Shown here: positions 12,540-26,439 of the stretch, piece after piece | Layout: every line of letters begins with the position of its first letter | Position numbering within the stretch: the stretch's first letter is position 1 | DNA from: the human T2T-CHM13v2.0 reference genome, Homo sapiens | Assembly (NCBI RefSeq): GCF_009914755.1 | Contig: NC_060929.1 | Length of the DNA: 64,000 bases | Strand: one strand, 5' to 3' | The notes under the pieces: generated by a model | What the model was told of the DNA's origin: nothing | Seen by the model: the letters and a program-made list of their open reading frames with translations, nothing else | The model's database searches: none | Made by a program: the position numbers and the translations under genes

Positions 12540-12830
12540 GGACCGATGTGGTAGCACATGCCTATAATCCCAGCACTTTGGGAGGCCAAGGTGGATGGAT
12601 CCCTTGAGCCCAGGAGTTCAATACCAGGCTGGGCAATATGAAAGATACAAAAATTAGCTGGGTGTGGTGGTGCATGCCTGTAGACCCAGCTACTCAGAGG
12701 GCTGAGGTAGGAGGATCACTTGAGCTCTGGTGATCAAGGTTGCAGGAAGCCAAGATTGCACTACCAAACTCCAGCCTGGGCGACAGAGTGAGAACTTATC
12801 TCAAAAAAAGAAAAGAAAAGAAAAAAAAAA
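12540..12830 (+). mobile_element. AluJ
   Basis: cctataatcccagcactttgggaggcc..cttgagcccaggagttc..A-rich tail; TSD-like gaatcatt on both sides. Confidence 0.9.
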
Positions 12831-12879
12831 CTTTCTTAAGAGAATCATTTAATTATAACATTTTTAAAAAACAAGGATA

Positions 12880-13000
12880 AAGCTAAGAACATAAGACAAT
12901 CTGGTCTCATTTTTTCATTACATTGATGAGGAAATTAAGTCTCAGAGAAGCTGACTCATTTGCCCAAGTCATATGGCCAGTTAACATCCACTTCAGAATA
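12880..13000 (-). mobile_element. MIR fragment
   Basis: gatgaggaaattaagtctcagagaag..tttgcccaagtcatatggccagttaa. Confidence 0.65.
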
Positions 13001-14952
13001 CAGGGTATAGAGAAAATACGCATTCACTGGCCTTCTCTGTTTTCCATAGTTTCTAATAGCCATCCTTGATGATTCAATAATGGAGTGTTAATCTTGCCAA
13101 CCAAGCCATTTCCTGTTCATAATCATGCTTTTCAAGAAAACATTATACTCCCATACATTTATCTTACTTTTCACAGTGTTTTCACATGTTATTTTCCAAC
13201 AGAATATGCCATCTTTCTCCACAGATAAGGGAAATCATAAAAGTGAATTCATTATGAAGCTAAAATAGAAGTAACAGATCAATAACACAATGAGTATTTT
13301 TCTTGAATTGCATTTTATTAAAAGGAGCATGCACAATATCTGCTTCAATCTGGAAGCCCCTGGCATCACAGGTAATGTGATATGAAGTTCATGTCCAGGG
13401 TTGGATAACAAATACTGGACGTCCTCCAAAGCCCAAGATGAAAGTGGACTGCACAGGTCATTCAGACCTTTCCCAGTTACTCTAGGTGTCTCTTCTTTAG
13501 AAAATAAGGGAAGAGATCCACTGGTTCTGATGCAGTTCCTCATCATGGGCTTGAACCAATGCTGGGAAGCTAATACTTTAACACATCAGTGGTGCCTTTT
13601 CCACTTATGCAAATTTGCCTTTAACACGAAGTAGGATAGATGTTTCTCTCCTCATACCAGAGGTGATACTCGCATCAATAAAATAGGTTGTGTTGTTAGC
13701 CAGAGAGAGCCTGGAATACTGGATTTTTTTCTTAAATTTGTGTGCAATAACTTTAGTGCTCCAACCACATATCACAGCCTTGCAGACATGGTGTGCTTCC
13801 TCAGAGTGCTGTGGCTTCTCCTCTTGCATTCTCTCTTCTCTGCTAACCCAGAAAACCCGCACTGCTGAGAAGAAATGATGGCACACAACAGTTTCTTCCT
13901 CTGCTCCATGCTGGGTATGTTTGCTCTGGCACCATGTGGTATGGTTCCTGACTATGTGCAGAGCAGGGAGTAGAGTCCAGAGAATGAGTGGGGGATGGGA
14001 AGGCTGCAGGGCGCAGCTGAAGGTGGAATCTGAAAGGAATGGGAACTCAGCCACCATGCTCTTTATTCCCAATTCAGGCCCTGTTTTAATAAGGACATTT
14101 TATGGTGAAGATCTTAAAGCAAACTGACTTTCAAAAGAAAAGGAGAAGATGGAGAAAGAAAGGTAGGAAGAGATCAAATATTTCTCCTGATTAAGTTCCT
14201 TTTATTCTAGAGCCATAGTCTTCAAAGTGTAGTTAATGAAACACTCAATAGCACATTTTTATTAATAACCCAACATTATGCTTCATTAAAACATATTTGA
14301 ATGACGATGTCTTAGAATGAGCATCGCTTAATATTTTACAAAACACCTCTCCAGTCGTAATTCCAGGTGACATCCTGGGCAGGGAGGGAAGGCATCTTCA
14401 CTGTATTTAAAGCTTTGGGCATTTGTAAGGAAATTATTTCCAGTGTACATATTCAGTGTGCTCCAAGACTAGATAAGCCACCAGTCTCAGATCACTTGAG
14501 TCCCACATGTTCATTTTCCAACACACCTACTTCCTGTAAAGTTGCAATATCACACATCCCTCAAGTGTTATGCTTTTATTTTCACGATTTGCTTACTGTT
14601 TGACAGCTGTCTAAGTCATGCTCACATATTAAGTGTACACCACACACCATGATGGACAATGTTGTCTATGTCCTGCCCTCATCAAGCTTATACTCTATTG
14701 GGAAAAATAGAAAAATTTAAATGACATTTGAAATATAATTCAAGTGATAACAACGATGATAAAGAAAAGAGCAGGTGTGCTGAGAAACACTAGTAAGGAC
14801 AGTGCACTATATATTTAGTGGTGCGGAATGCAGGGAAAAGATCTTCTGAGAAACCGAGACCAAAGGTAGTAGCAGAGTTGAGCTAAAACTTAACTATTTA
14901 TAAAAGTTATCAGAGCACAGGATAAGCAACATGAAAGGTGGGCATGTGAGGT

Positions 14953-15208
14953 TAGGTCTAATGCTGAGCTGGTGTGCACAGGTGCAGCACAGCAGGTGTG
15001 AAGATGCTGAAATGCTTATGTGTAGGGCACTAAGTAAGGCCTCTGCTCTGAGCCCTCCAGGACACCCACCACCCCTCCCAGGATGATCCTCCTGCTGTGC
15101 AGCACCGGGAGGGCACTGTATGGACCCTACTCCAGCTGTGGTCAGCATCTATTCTGATTGGTCAGTTTCCCTACATGGCCAGTTGTAAAATTCTTTGACT
15201 ATAACTCT
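14953..15208. mobile_element. hAT-type MITE (MER53-like)
   Basis: Ends ttctgattggtcagt..ccagttgtaaaattctttgactataactctg; left end taatgctgagctggtgtgcacagg. Confidence 0.5.
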
Positions 15209-16115
15209 GGGGTTGGGAAAAAACTGCATCGAGGACAGTAACGGGTAGGGATGGGAACTGAGTGTGCAAATGTAGTCCTGGACAAAGTTAAATGTTGGAT
15301 TTTCCCTTTAGGGGCTGGAGAGTCATCCCTAGACCATAATTAAGGAGTGATAGGCACAGGTGCTTAGTTGAGTCACACCTGTCAGGGTGATCTCAGAGGA
15401 GAAGGTAATTAGAGTAAGACATGCCTTCTGAGTGAATACGACCCAAGTGCCAAGGCAAGGCAAGCCCCAAAAGAGTTAGGGATAGCAGAAATGAAAACAC
15501 ACTGAGAGTAAAATTGGCAAAACTTATTTACTGATTGGATACAGGGTGAGATGAAGAGATGGGTTAAGGGTGAGTGACAGATTGCTACTGGGGTGGCTAA
15601 CTGCTGGACAGTCACAGTTCAGGAATTCAGGAGCAGGAGCTGACTTCAGAAAGATGAGGAGCTTGACTGTAGACATTTCAAGCTATGAGAGGAGCCCATG
15701 CTTTGTCCAAATGGAGAGAGGTCCATCAGCCAATTGGTTAAGTGAAGCCCAGAATAGAGATCTGAGTCATGGATGTAGATTGAACAGTCATCAGTGGATG
15801 GGTTTGAGTTATTATAGAAGTCAGGAAAAGCAAGGAGCGTCACCCAGAGCGACTTGCTGAGTTAGCTAAGAAGGGAAGGTGAAACCCAGGAAGATCCCAA
15901 CATTTAAAATTCACATGGAGTAGAGGTGCTCAACAGGAAGCCAAAGTTAAAAGATTGGGAAACACAAAGATGAGCAAGGAACATCATTTCCTAGAAGCAA
16001 AAGGAGCAAAGAATTCCAACAAGAAGTAAGGTACTAACAATGCCATGCACGGTTCAGAGAACCAGCAAGGTAAGGACCAAAGATTGCACTGGGTCAATAA
16101 TCAGCAAACCGTCAG

Positions 16116-16453
16116 TGACATGGTTAGGCTTTGTGTCCCCACCCAAATCTCATCTTGAATTTTAATCCCCAGGTGTTGAGGGAGAGACCTAGTGGGAAGT
16201 GATTGGATTATGGGAGCAGTTTTCCCCTATGTTGTTCTCATGACAGTGAGTGAGTCTCACTAGATCTGATAGTTTTATCAATGGTAGTTTGTCCTGCACT
16301 CTCTCTTGCCATGTAAGATGCCTTCTGCCATGATTGGAAGTTTCCTGCGGCCTCTCCAGCCATGTGGAATTGTGAGTCAATTAAACCTGTTTCCTTTATA
16401 CATTACCTGGTCTTGGGTATTGCTTTATTGCAGTGTAAAAATGGACTAATACA
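16116..16453 (+). mobile_element. THE1D MaLR solo LTR
   Basis: tgacatggttaggctttgtgtccccacccaaatctcatcttgaatt..gtgagtcaattaaacct..atggactaataca. Confidence 0.9.
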
Positions 16454-18211
16454 ATGAGTAACATTCCTGGGAGCCAGTTCAGTGCCATGATGGAGTTCAA
16501 AACTCAGCAGTGGGCCAAGAAGTAAACAGAGATGATGGAAACGCAGGCAGAGACCTCAGAATGGAGAAGCAGAAGTAGAAACTAGGAGAAAAAACAGAAA
16601 GATGACTTTCATTTAAACCTTGACTTTATTACAGCAACATTTATGGGCTTTATTGGTCTCTCAAGGCAGTTTCCCATCCATGACCTTGGAACTCAGGTGA
16701 GGTAGGCAGAACACTGGGAGAATGTGAATGAGAAGTGAGGTCTGCATGTCACCAGGGAGGTAGGGACAGAACCAGAGAGGACTGTGTTGTCATTTCCTAA
16801 CATTAGAGTATTCTGGGAGAGGAAATATCAGCTGGGTTTTCTACTCCCCACCTTCCCTCTTCCACCTTGTAAATTGATATTGGTCTGTTTTTTTGGCTTT
16901 GGTTCTGGAGAGTATGAATAATATACATCATGGTCAAATGCTGCTAACACCTTTGGATTCTGTTCTGAGTCTCATTTTATGTTTTATTTAAGGCTTTGCC
17001 TAGAATTGACATCTTTCTGCTCATTTATCCAGTTTGTCCCAGAGATGGAACAAGTTCAACATGATTATCAGATATAAAATGTCAAAGAAGGAACAGTCAC
17101 TGATTATACCAATGCAGAATTTTAAAAAATAATAATTCTTGAGAAGTCTTTACTAAAAAGATATTATTCTTTACATGTATATTACTGGGATCTAATTTTA
17201 AACCAGTATTATTGGGACTTATGTGTACTTTATATAAATTTACAATAAGTAGGATGAGGTTTAATTTTCTTTAAGAGACAATGAGTTCTATCCCGGGCAA
17301 AATGATGGGTTACTTTGTGTCCGGGACCCACCGCTCTTCTTCAGGAGGGATTAACAGAGACGCCCATCATAGTGTGAGTTGCTCCTTCTGGAGAGCTCTG
17401 GGGCAGACAATTTATTATCTCCTGCTTCCCCTTCCCCATCCCAAAGCCCACTCCCAGCCTCCCACCCGTGATACAGGATGCACCACACATCTAAACCTGG
17501 GGTCTCCTTGCAAGAGGCGGTGAACAAATTGACACGTGTGTGCCCTGAAAGCAATAGCTTGCAGCACAGAGGAGAGCAAATTAACCAGGAAGCAATTGAT
17601 CAGCCACATGTGGTGGAATTAGAATGCCAATGAAAGTTTCAAATGCTAATTTTAAGTGCAACAGAAGCCATCTATAAATTTACCTTCACAGCTTTTACAT
17701 TCATAATTTATTTCCTGCCAGAAACCTAGTACCTTGCCACACAGCAGTACACAATAAGAGTCCTAGAGAATGGAATTAAAAGGCACAATTCATGTACTTG
17801 ACTTTTCCACCTCCAAAGCCCTTGAGCTTTGGGAATTCAGGTTACATTTCCTGAGAGCTTTTTAAGAATTGCAGGCTCTGTGGTTAGAAGCAGAACTCCA
17901 ATGAGGCTCAGTCCCAGATGGTGTTTGAGAGCAAATTTAGTGCAGCCTACTCTGTGGGCTTTAGTTGCCTGGGACCGAACTGAGTGTACAACGGAGGACA
18001 ATATGCCTAAGGGTGAAACTTCTCAGTTTTAGGTCCTAAGCCAGGGACAAACATTAGTAAGATCAGCCCCTTGGGAATCCTTTCTGCTGACGGAGAAAGA
18101 TGAGAAGCTTGTGTAAAGATTTCTTATTTTCTTACTACCTGAGTGGTGGGTGGCCTGTTCTTCATTATGGCAATGGCAACACACACACAAAAGCAGCCAC
18201 CAGTATTAGAT

Positions 18212-18370
18212 CCTAGCTACTTAAAATGGGTTCTGCAGAGGGCAGCAGTATCTCCTGGGAGCTTGTTAGAGATGCAGGCTCTCAGGCCACAGCCAGGCTG
18301 GCTGACTCAGCAGCTGTTTACCGCATGCCTGGGTGATGTGCATGCATGTGAAACTTTTAAGAACCTTGGG
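18212..18370. mobile_element. MER5A hAT-Charlie MITE
   Basis: cagcagtatctcctgggagcttgttagagatgcaggctctcaggcc..ggtgatgtgcatgca..ttaagaacc. Confidence 0.7.
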
Positions 18371-21059
18371 CCAAAGAATATCTGAGACTAAGACAAGGGC
18401 CCCTCCTGGTACAGGCTGGTCTTTCTGATGACGCTGCCCCCTCTAGCCACTTCTTACACCTGGTCTCCCTGCGCTGGTCACTATTCTCCCTCATTCTCTC
18501 AAGTTTTTTTTATTCTATCTCCCTTCATTTGTTAGAGTTACCCCTGGTTTCTTCTTTTATCTCCTGGTCATCTCTGATTTCTATCTCCTAGTGCAAATTC
18601 TTCATGTCTGTGGCTTTAACTCCCACAAGGAAAAATAATAGGTACACTTGAACACTGATTTTGGCTGGAATGCTGTAAAACAGCATTACATAAATCTTGG
18701 CAGTCATTGAGGATAACTGACCACGTTCTCTGCTCTCCAAGCCTCAGCTGGGTCAACTCATGAGTCAACCCTTTTAAAATGCTATTATTTTCATTCCTTG
18801 ACAAATTAGGACCCTGGAGAAGATAGAGGTTCAAAACACACTGACAGCCTTCAAGCAGCGTGCAGAAGAGAGAGGACTCAAAGTCATATTCTTTGACTCT
18901 GTAGCCTCTGCCCACAACAGCCTTTCCACAACAAACCCCAATGTGCCTCTCTGTTGCAAACCTCTGTAAGCTTCAGACACACAGAGGCAAAGTCCAACTG
19001 CACAGCTCATTTTGCTTAGCCTGTTCAAAACCTGCCTGCCCCTTCCTCCAAGTCTTCTCTCTGTCTTCAAATATGTGGTCATCCAGCCTGTCCTGTCTCC
19101 CAGGAGCCTGCAACCATGCTTGACTTCTCCCTCCCTTCCTTCCTCCAAACCTCTTAGATGCTTCCGGGGACTACTCGTGTGTGTCCTCCCTCTATTTGTA
19201 CTAGCAAGGCTTTAGTTCACTCCCACAAGCAAAGTCGTTTCATAACGTTTGGAAAATGTTTACTACACATCCTTTAGATCATTGGGATGCACTGGTTTTG
19301 CTGGAGCAAGATCATAAAACTAGTTTCTACTCTCTGAGAGAAGTCTCCCTCTGGCTTCAGGGGAAGAGGCATCACAATTTATTATGCGTTTCCTTCAGGG
19401 AGGATCATTATCTGCATATGTAAAATCTGACATTCACAGGGAAAAGTCACAGGCGAGGAAGCCACACTGTCTTGCTCTCATTGCTACAATCCTGGAAAAC
19501 ATGGACAACTGTTTCCTTCAGGCAGCTGTGCCTTCCCCACAGCTCTGATTGGTGAAAGCCACGAGCTGCTTTAAAGAAAGGTCATCTGAGAGCTGCTCTT
19601 CATTGAATCTGCTTTCCCCAAATCAGCGCAGCCCTTTCTCAACACTGATGAGGGTTGGGAGTCAGCCCCTAACTCCCACATTCTGTGTGTGAGCACAGTT
19701 TCCTTGGTATGTAATAAACATAAAATTCAAGTAAGAATTTTATTATAACCTATATAAATATATTTAAAAGTATATTTAAATATACATAACTAAACATTCT
19801 TATTAATTCCCACAGAAGTTATATACTTTGGCCTTCAGAATATATTTAATTTGAATATGTTTGAAAGTCTTGAAAGCCTTGTGTGCCAAATAACCCCCCA
19901 TAAATGCATGCATTTCAAAGCTTACTGAACCCGCACCCACACTCCTCCCACAAAGAGCCTTCTCCCAGTAGAACTTGCCAGTCAGGCTTTGGCAATGGTA
20001 AGGATTTGCTTCATGCGGTCTTCTTGGCCTTGTATGGGTTTTCGCAATTTGCAATTAGTCCCTTGATCCCGCCAGGCACAGGTCACAGGGAGATCTGGTC
20101 ATCCACTGATGTCCACACCTTCACTTCTTCCATCCACCAAAGTGCAAAGGCTTCAGAAAGTGGAGCTAAGGGACTGTCTCCACCTTTGTGTTCCATGATA
20201 GCTTGGCATTTTCCTTACAGTACAAATAGAAATATTCCTTCTGCCTCCCAAACTTCCCTTCATCCAGGGGCCCATTTGACCCTCATTCAAATGAAAAATG
20301 AGACATGAATTTTGGTAAGAAATAATACTGATAAACATGATACCTCTGCATGTGGAGACATAATAAATACCAGGTTACCATGAAGAAGAAGAACTTAGAT
20401 GTGGGGCTGATGACTAATTCAGATACCAGACACGTGTACCTTTTGCTGGGTAACCTAACATTCTCTACCCTTTCAAAGGCATCACACTGCCCACCACATG
20501 TCACTTTCATTCCCTCACCCAGACCAAAGTGGCTTCATAGCTGCCCAGCCAGAGACATCAACAACAGCCATGGGTGTCCACAGCTAGGAGCTTCTACCTG
20601 GAACATCCGTTAGCTTTTGAGATTCTTATTTTTTGCCTTATATGGTTAGACTGAAATCATGTAATAAAAGGAGACTGTAATTATTTTTATGTGTGTCAAG
20701 AGTTCTTGGCTTTGCCTGTCTGTTTTGTAATTTTGGACAAAAACAACCTGGCTTTCAATCGTAATGATCTGTGTCATGATAAAGGGCAAATTTTGGAGCC
20801 CTTGCTCTCAAATAATGTAATTTTGTTCCAGGCAAACTATGAACTCCTAACTGTGTTATGTTTTAAATAGAAATTGTACTGAAAATCCTGTGTTTGTTAA
20901 AAGTTGTCTTTTAGGGGCATACAACATAAGATTAAGTATCTGAAATTTCAGCATAATCACTACTCTGAATAGCAAGGGTTGTGCAGTGGGTGGCTGGAAC
21001 ATTCAGTGCATATGATAAAGGAAACTAGCAGTTTTCTCTAAACATATGCCACAAATCCT

Positions 21060-22110
21060 TCTAGGTGGCCATTACTATTTTCTTTTAGCAGTGGAGAAAT
21101 TAGAAGCTTAGAGAGGATAATGAGTTAACTAAGGCAACAAAGCTGTCAAGTAGCAGAACCAAGATTTTAAGCTTAGTATGGGACACTATTGCTTGTTCTT
21201 TTTTGACTACACTATGCCAATATTCTTTATAAAGATTATTTGCCACAGATAAAATAATAAAACAACAATATAATTTTTGGTATGTATTTTTTATCCTGCT
21301 TATAGAAGCTTTAGAACTACCTTGCAGTGAAATAGGTCAGCCTAGAAAGTAAATTGCTTTCAAGGAATACGTTGGTTCATTTTACATATGGTGCCCCACC
21401 AAATAACTACAATTAGCGCAGTATCTATACATAGTGGATTCTCAAGAAATATTTATTGAATGAAGGAGATAGTTTCCAAGCCCTTTATGTTTAATAACAC
21501 AGCACTCTCTTGTATATTTGAGCCTTCAAAATAAACAGATGTGGCTGTTACCACTTCTGTTCCCATTTTGTTGGAGAGAACTTAGTTAAGGCCACATCTA
21601 ACTGCAAATGAGATTAGGAAATGTGGATTTAATAGATGTCACCAACAAAGGAGATGAACTTTGGTGGGCAGAAAGCCATTACTAGCATAGTCATTCATTT
21701 GAAGTTGTGTTGAGGATTAGGGAACTGGAAAACCATGGCAAGTTCTAGAAAGACAACTCTAACTTCACGGTTCTGTGAGAGATCAGGGCATCATGTCTAA
21801 AAATGCTAAGGGTGAGGTGACTGTTATATGTCCAACTCTTTCCATTGCATCTCCAACCAGATGACTGAATCTGGAACTCTGAAGCAAGGTCAATACTGGT
21901 CTTGGAAGCATGGCAGTGCTGGACAATTGGATGATACTTAAAGTCAGTTGGATAGATAACTTATTTAGGCAAAAATTGCAGAGAAGAGATGAGAAGAAAG
22001 TTAGGACTAACCTCAAAGGCATTTAAACTTTTAGAAGCCTGATAGAGCAGGAAAAACAGGCAAGGAGACTGCAAAGGAGCTCCCATTGAGGTTGGAGGCA
22101 AGTTAGTTGG
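21060..22110. mobile_element. Cluster of degraded MIR, L2 and old MLT1 fragments
   Basis: MIR(-) ~21060-21220; L2 3' tail ctcaagaaatatttattgaatgaa ~21440-21465; MLT-like gccacatctaactgcaaatga ~21590; L2(-) ~21760-22105. Confidence 0.45.
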
Positions 22111-23142
22111 TGTGGCTGAGCAGGAGACCCTGGCCACTCATCCCAAGAGCCCCGGCAGTCAATCCTGTGGCTGGGGTTGCTGACGTTGACAACGGTTCAC
22201 AGATAGGTTGCCAGGGAGGCCATATTCAAATGGACTCTTGTGACCAGGAGTTGAGAGTTCTTTTTATTCCCAAGTGGCGTAACGTGTTCTGAAGTGTTTA
22301 CTTCATGGCCTGTTGGCAATTGACCAGCTTATTACATCAAAACAACAATTACATACTGGAAATTCCTTAAAAAGACCTGCCATCACGATAGGAGATTGCC
22401 TTTATGATAACTCTGGGAGTCTATGATTGGCAGCTTTTCTTTATTCCAGTCTCACATTACCATTTAAACCAACCAAAACAGTCCTCTTGCCAGAAAAGTA
22501 AATTGCCACTTTGAGACATGAAAAACAGGCGAAAGTATAAAAATGTGAATAATCGCTATTGTGAGTCTAGCAAGTCCTGTGTGATTGTGTGAACAAGGCA
22601 ATTTGCATCTGGTTCTGCTTGCTTCTTTCTTGCTTTCGTAATTATTCAAACACTCCCGGTCATTAATTCCGCCAAATACAAATTAGAAAAAGAAAACTCT
22701 CCCAACTGACATAGACTTTCCTTAATTCACCACTAGTCTCCAAATCACAGAAATTTTTATGTGGATCTAATCTTTTTACTTTTGCCTGCCGTTTGTATTC
22801 CAAATTCCTCCCAACGTCTACCTATTCACAAGCTCCACTAAATGCATATATTCAAAATATATAAAAAACAAATTTAATTACTCTGAGCTCTTGGATGGCA
22901 GAGTAACTATGCATATTTACTTCTTGTTACTGTTAGAGTAGGAAAATGGCATAATGGTGATAATATAAACTGACTCAAAAGACAGTGAATTAATTCCTCA
23001 GAGGGTGGGTTCCTCACAGTGTAACATATTTGAATCATCTGAAGGGTCTTCCTCATGTTCATTAATAAATGGAAGATGCTTTGGAATCTCATAGAAGACA
23101 TGAAGAGCTACCTAGGCTTTGAAGAAATTACGAGACAAGATC

Positions 23143-23316
23143 TAAGATACAAACTTTTAGGTGTAAGATGCACAAGTACTGGGGATGAAATGCACAGCAT
23201 GTTAATTTCATTGTGATAATCATTACATGATGCATACAGATATCAAATAATCACCTGTACATGTAGAATATATACAATCTTTATTTTTCAAATAAATATT
23301 TTACCATTTTAAAAAA
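23143..23316 (+). mobile_element. 5'-truncated L1MA 3' end with intact TSD
   Basis: gatacaaactttta..ctggggat..gcacagcatg..tgataatcattacatgatg..atatatacaat; A tail; perfect 10-bp TSD AGACAAGATC (23133-23142, 23317-23326). Confidence 0.8.
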
Positions 23317-23747
23317 AGACAAGATCAGCAAAAGAAGGAAAGCACAGGTGGCCCCAACATTCACCAAAGAGTTTTACCTCAAGGCATTTGCTAATTAGTA
23401 AGGACAGCCTTGTGATGTAGAAACCAAGGTGTGGGGGAGCCATAGGGCAGGAGAGATCAGAGAGACTCCAAAATTAGAGGGGCTTTAGGCAGCCCCATGG
23501 GTGAGAAGGACTAAAATTGGACTTCAGAGCTTGTAAGGGAGGAGCTTCCTAGATCTTCAGCTAGGCTCTGAGGGCATACAGCCAGGAGTAAAGGCAAAGG
23601 AGAAACCAACCAATGCTTTCAAAAGCTGAAACCCAGCTTTCAATAAACTCAATTCAAGAAAGAAAACTGATAACAAGAAAGAAAACCATGGCACATCTAA
23701 ACGTCTTACAGACCCCAAAATTATTGTGATTATCTTTGTTCATGTAA

Positions 23748-24034
23748 TTATTACTATTATTATTGTTATTGAGAGAGAGTCTCACTCTGTTGCTCAAGCT
23801 GGAGTAGAGTGATGTGATCTCAGCTCACTGCAACCTCTGCCTTCCTGGTTTAAGCAATTCTCCCACCTCAGCCTCCTAAGTAGGTGGTACTACAGGTGTG
23901 CACCACCACGCTTGGCTAAATTTTGTATTTTTTGTTAGAGGCAGGTTTCACCATGTTGGCCAGGCTGGTTTCCAACTCCTGACCTCAAGTGATCCACCTG
24001 CTTTGGCCTCTCAAAGTGCCAGGCATGAGCCACC
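23748..24034 (-). mobile_element. AluS (Sz-like)
   Basis: Antisense Alu with ctcctgacctcaagtgatcc; tail decayed to (TTA)n. Confidence 0.88.
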
Positions 24035-24749
24035 TAACTAACTAACTATTGGGCTGTAACTAAATTTTTTAATGTGTTGGCATGAATTTTTTAAAAGGGC
24101 ACATTTATAAAAATCAACACAAGAACAATAATAGGGATAGTTCTATATCACTTGATCCATAATTGAAACCTTTTCTAAAGAACTCCAAGGATTTGAGTTG
24201 TCTTGCGACAGGAGGAGTTGGCCCTTGGGGGCTGCCCTATCTAGCTAGCAGCCAACCCTGCCTCTCTCTGGTTCCAGGTAACAGCGGTGGCATCTCTGCC
24301 TCCCCATCAGAAGGGCAGGCCACTGGAGATGCCTTCCCCATTTTGGTGCTGGACTAACCCTCATTCCCTGCTAACTCCTCTCTGTTTTTTTTTTTGTGCA
24401 GTGGACCAGAGACAGACACAATGACTGGGACCCTTACTGAATTGAGCTGAACCAAATCCAAAATTGGTTTCACAATATTTTAACATATTTTTACAACATA
24501 CATTTAACGTCTTTTCATTTTCTAATACTCATGACAGAATGCTAAGAAAATACTGGAAAAATGGAGTGACATCTCTCAACAAATAAGTATTGGGCATCTC
24601 GTCTGTGCAAGCATTGTGCTGCTACTTAATGTTACACCTTGAACCAGGTGAATTCTATCCTGAGATAGACATCAGTAATTAGGGGCATTTCAACTCTGTT
24701 GATCTAAACTATTAGCCAGTTTAGTCTGAATGCATTGAGATGAAAAAGA

Positions 24750-24880
24750 AGGTAGGTGTGGTGGCATGTGCCAGCTGTCCCAGCTACTCAGGAAGCTAAG
24801 GTGGAAGGATTCCTTGAATGCAAAAGTTTGAGGTCAGCATGAGCAGCATAGTAAGACCTCATCTCAAAAGAAAAAAAAAA
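24750..24880 (+). mobile_element. FLAM_A/FAM Alu monomer
   Basis: Single arm: ggtgtggtggcatgtgcc..cccagctactcaggaagct..catagtaagacctcatctc + A tail. Confidence 0.75.
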
Positions 24881-25516
24881 TGAGCTGTGCTTCTTTCATA
24901 TGTATATTAAATAATTACATATAATTTACATATATGTGTATGTATATATATGCTATGCTTATATACATGCAGATACATGTATGCACAGGAAATATTTATA
25001 TATTGTCAACATTATTTAGATCATGGTACATTTATAGTTCTATATCTTGATTTTGTCACTGAACATATAAACCTCATGCAGACCAATCTGCCTGGAGCTT
25101 CTTGAGGCAATCAAAATAAGATTACTTTTTGTTTTGTTTGTTTGTTTGAAATGCATAGCATCAGAAAGCTCATTGCTTTGGGTGTTTAGAAGCCAAAATG
25201 AGGCATTAACTTTATTTTATAAGTGCACATTGGTTTTTTTTAAAAAAAACATAATGCCACTGAAATCTGTAAAGTGAACACTCGCAATAACTTTCTATTT
25301 TTAATGTACTGGTTGATCTTAGAAAAGTGCTAAAAAAATCATCCTGTTTTTATTTCCCTGCATTTGTCTAATGCGGCCACTCTGGGCTACTTCAGAGCCG
25401 TTATCACACTAGGCCTATCGCTTTATTTGATGAGGCCCTTCTTGAATGGCACAGGATATGAGATGAGGCACATCAGAATTGCTAATGGATAAGAGCAAAC
25501 ATTATCCAGTGATTTC

Positions 25517-25552
<36 letters not shown>

Positions 25553-25570
25553 AGTCCTGGGTTACATTGC

Positions 25571-26090
25571 TGTATTAGGTTTCTGCAGAGAAAAAGAACC
25601 AATAGTATGTGTATGCATACACACATGTGCACACACATATAAGGAGATTTATTGTAAATAATTGGTATATTTAATTGCTGAGGCTGACAAGTCCTATGTC
25701 TTCAGGGTGAGCCAGCTGATGTTGCAGTTACAGTCTGAAGGCAGCAGGCTGTAGTTTCCCAGGAGAGCTGTAGTTTCCAGTTTGAGTTTAAAGACCATTT
25801 GCTGTAGGGCAAGGAGGAGCTCACGTTGCAGATGAAGTCCAAATGCAGTCTACTGGAGAAATCTCTCTTGCTTAGGGTGTGCTAGTCTTTTTGTTCTATT
25901 TAAATTATTGTTCTATCAGCTGATTGGGGGAAACCCACCCATATTATGAAAGGTAATCCCTTTTACTCAATCTACCAATTTAAATGTTCATGTCATCCAC
26001 AATGCCCTCATAGAAATACCGAAAATATAGTTTGACCAAATATCTGAGCACTTCATGGCCAGCCAAGTTGACACAAAATTAATCATCACA
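25571..26090 (-). mobile_element. MLT2 (HERVL-type) solo LTR
   Basis: tgtattaggtttctgcagagaaaaagaaccaatag..tttgaccaaatatctg..gccaagttgacacaaaattaatcatcaca. Confidence 0.85.
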
Positions 26091-26439
26091 GGTGCATAAC
26101 TTCATTTGCAATCATTTTTAGTATAAAAATTCATACCTATTCTAATTCTGCTGCAGAGTAGCCAAGTCAATTTAAAATGAACAGCTAAAGAAGAAAGCCA
26201 TTGGAGAAAGCAGAGTTTTCCTCTCACTAGCTATGTTACAAAAATAAGAGGGGATTTAGGGAAGGCAGGCACAGCTCTTAGCATTTAATCAAAATTCAGT
26301 GGATAAGTTAAAGTATATCTTTAGAACTCTATACAAGGTTATATTTTCTTCACAAGAAATTTTAGAATCATAAAAAAACAAAGTGGTTGTGCGTGAAAGG
26401 TTGTGAAATAAGGTATAAAAATTAAGTATGATTATCAAT

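Larger units (their letters stand above)
14640..16550 (-). mobile_element. L2 LINE fragments, interrupted by a hAT MITE and THE1D
   Basis: gtcctgccctcatcaagcttatactcta..aaacttatttactgattggat..ggatgtagatttgaacagtcatcag..ccaacatttaaa. Confidence 0.6.

Noticed and set aside
13605-14072. 155-aa minus-strand ORF in unique DNA
   Set aside because: Non-ATG start, no domain similarity and no convincing exon boundaries
24898-25002. AT-alternating palindromic-looking tract (similar ones at 19745-19790 and 52825-52930)
   Set aside because: Low-complexity (TA)n-like sequence, so self-complementarity is trivial
25514-25554. (TTTTC)n/poly-T tract ending in AG, a possible orphan retroposon tail or splice acceptor
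   Set aside because: No element body, TSD or matching donor found; treated as a simple repeat
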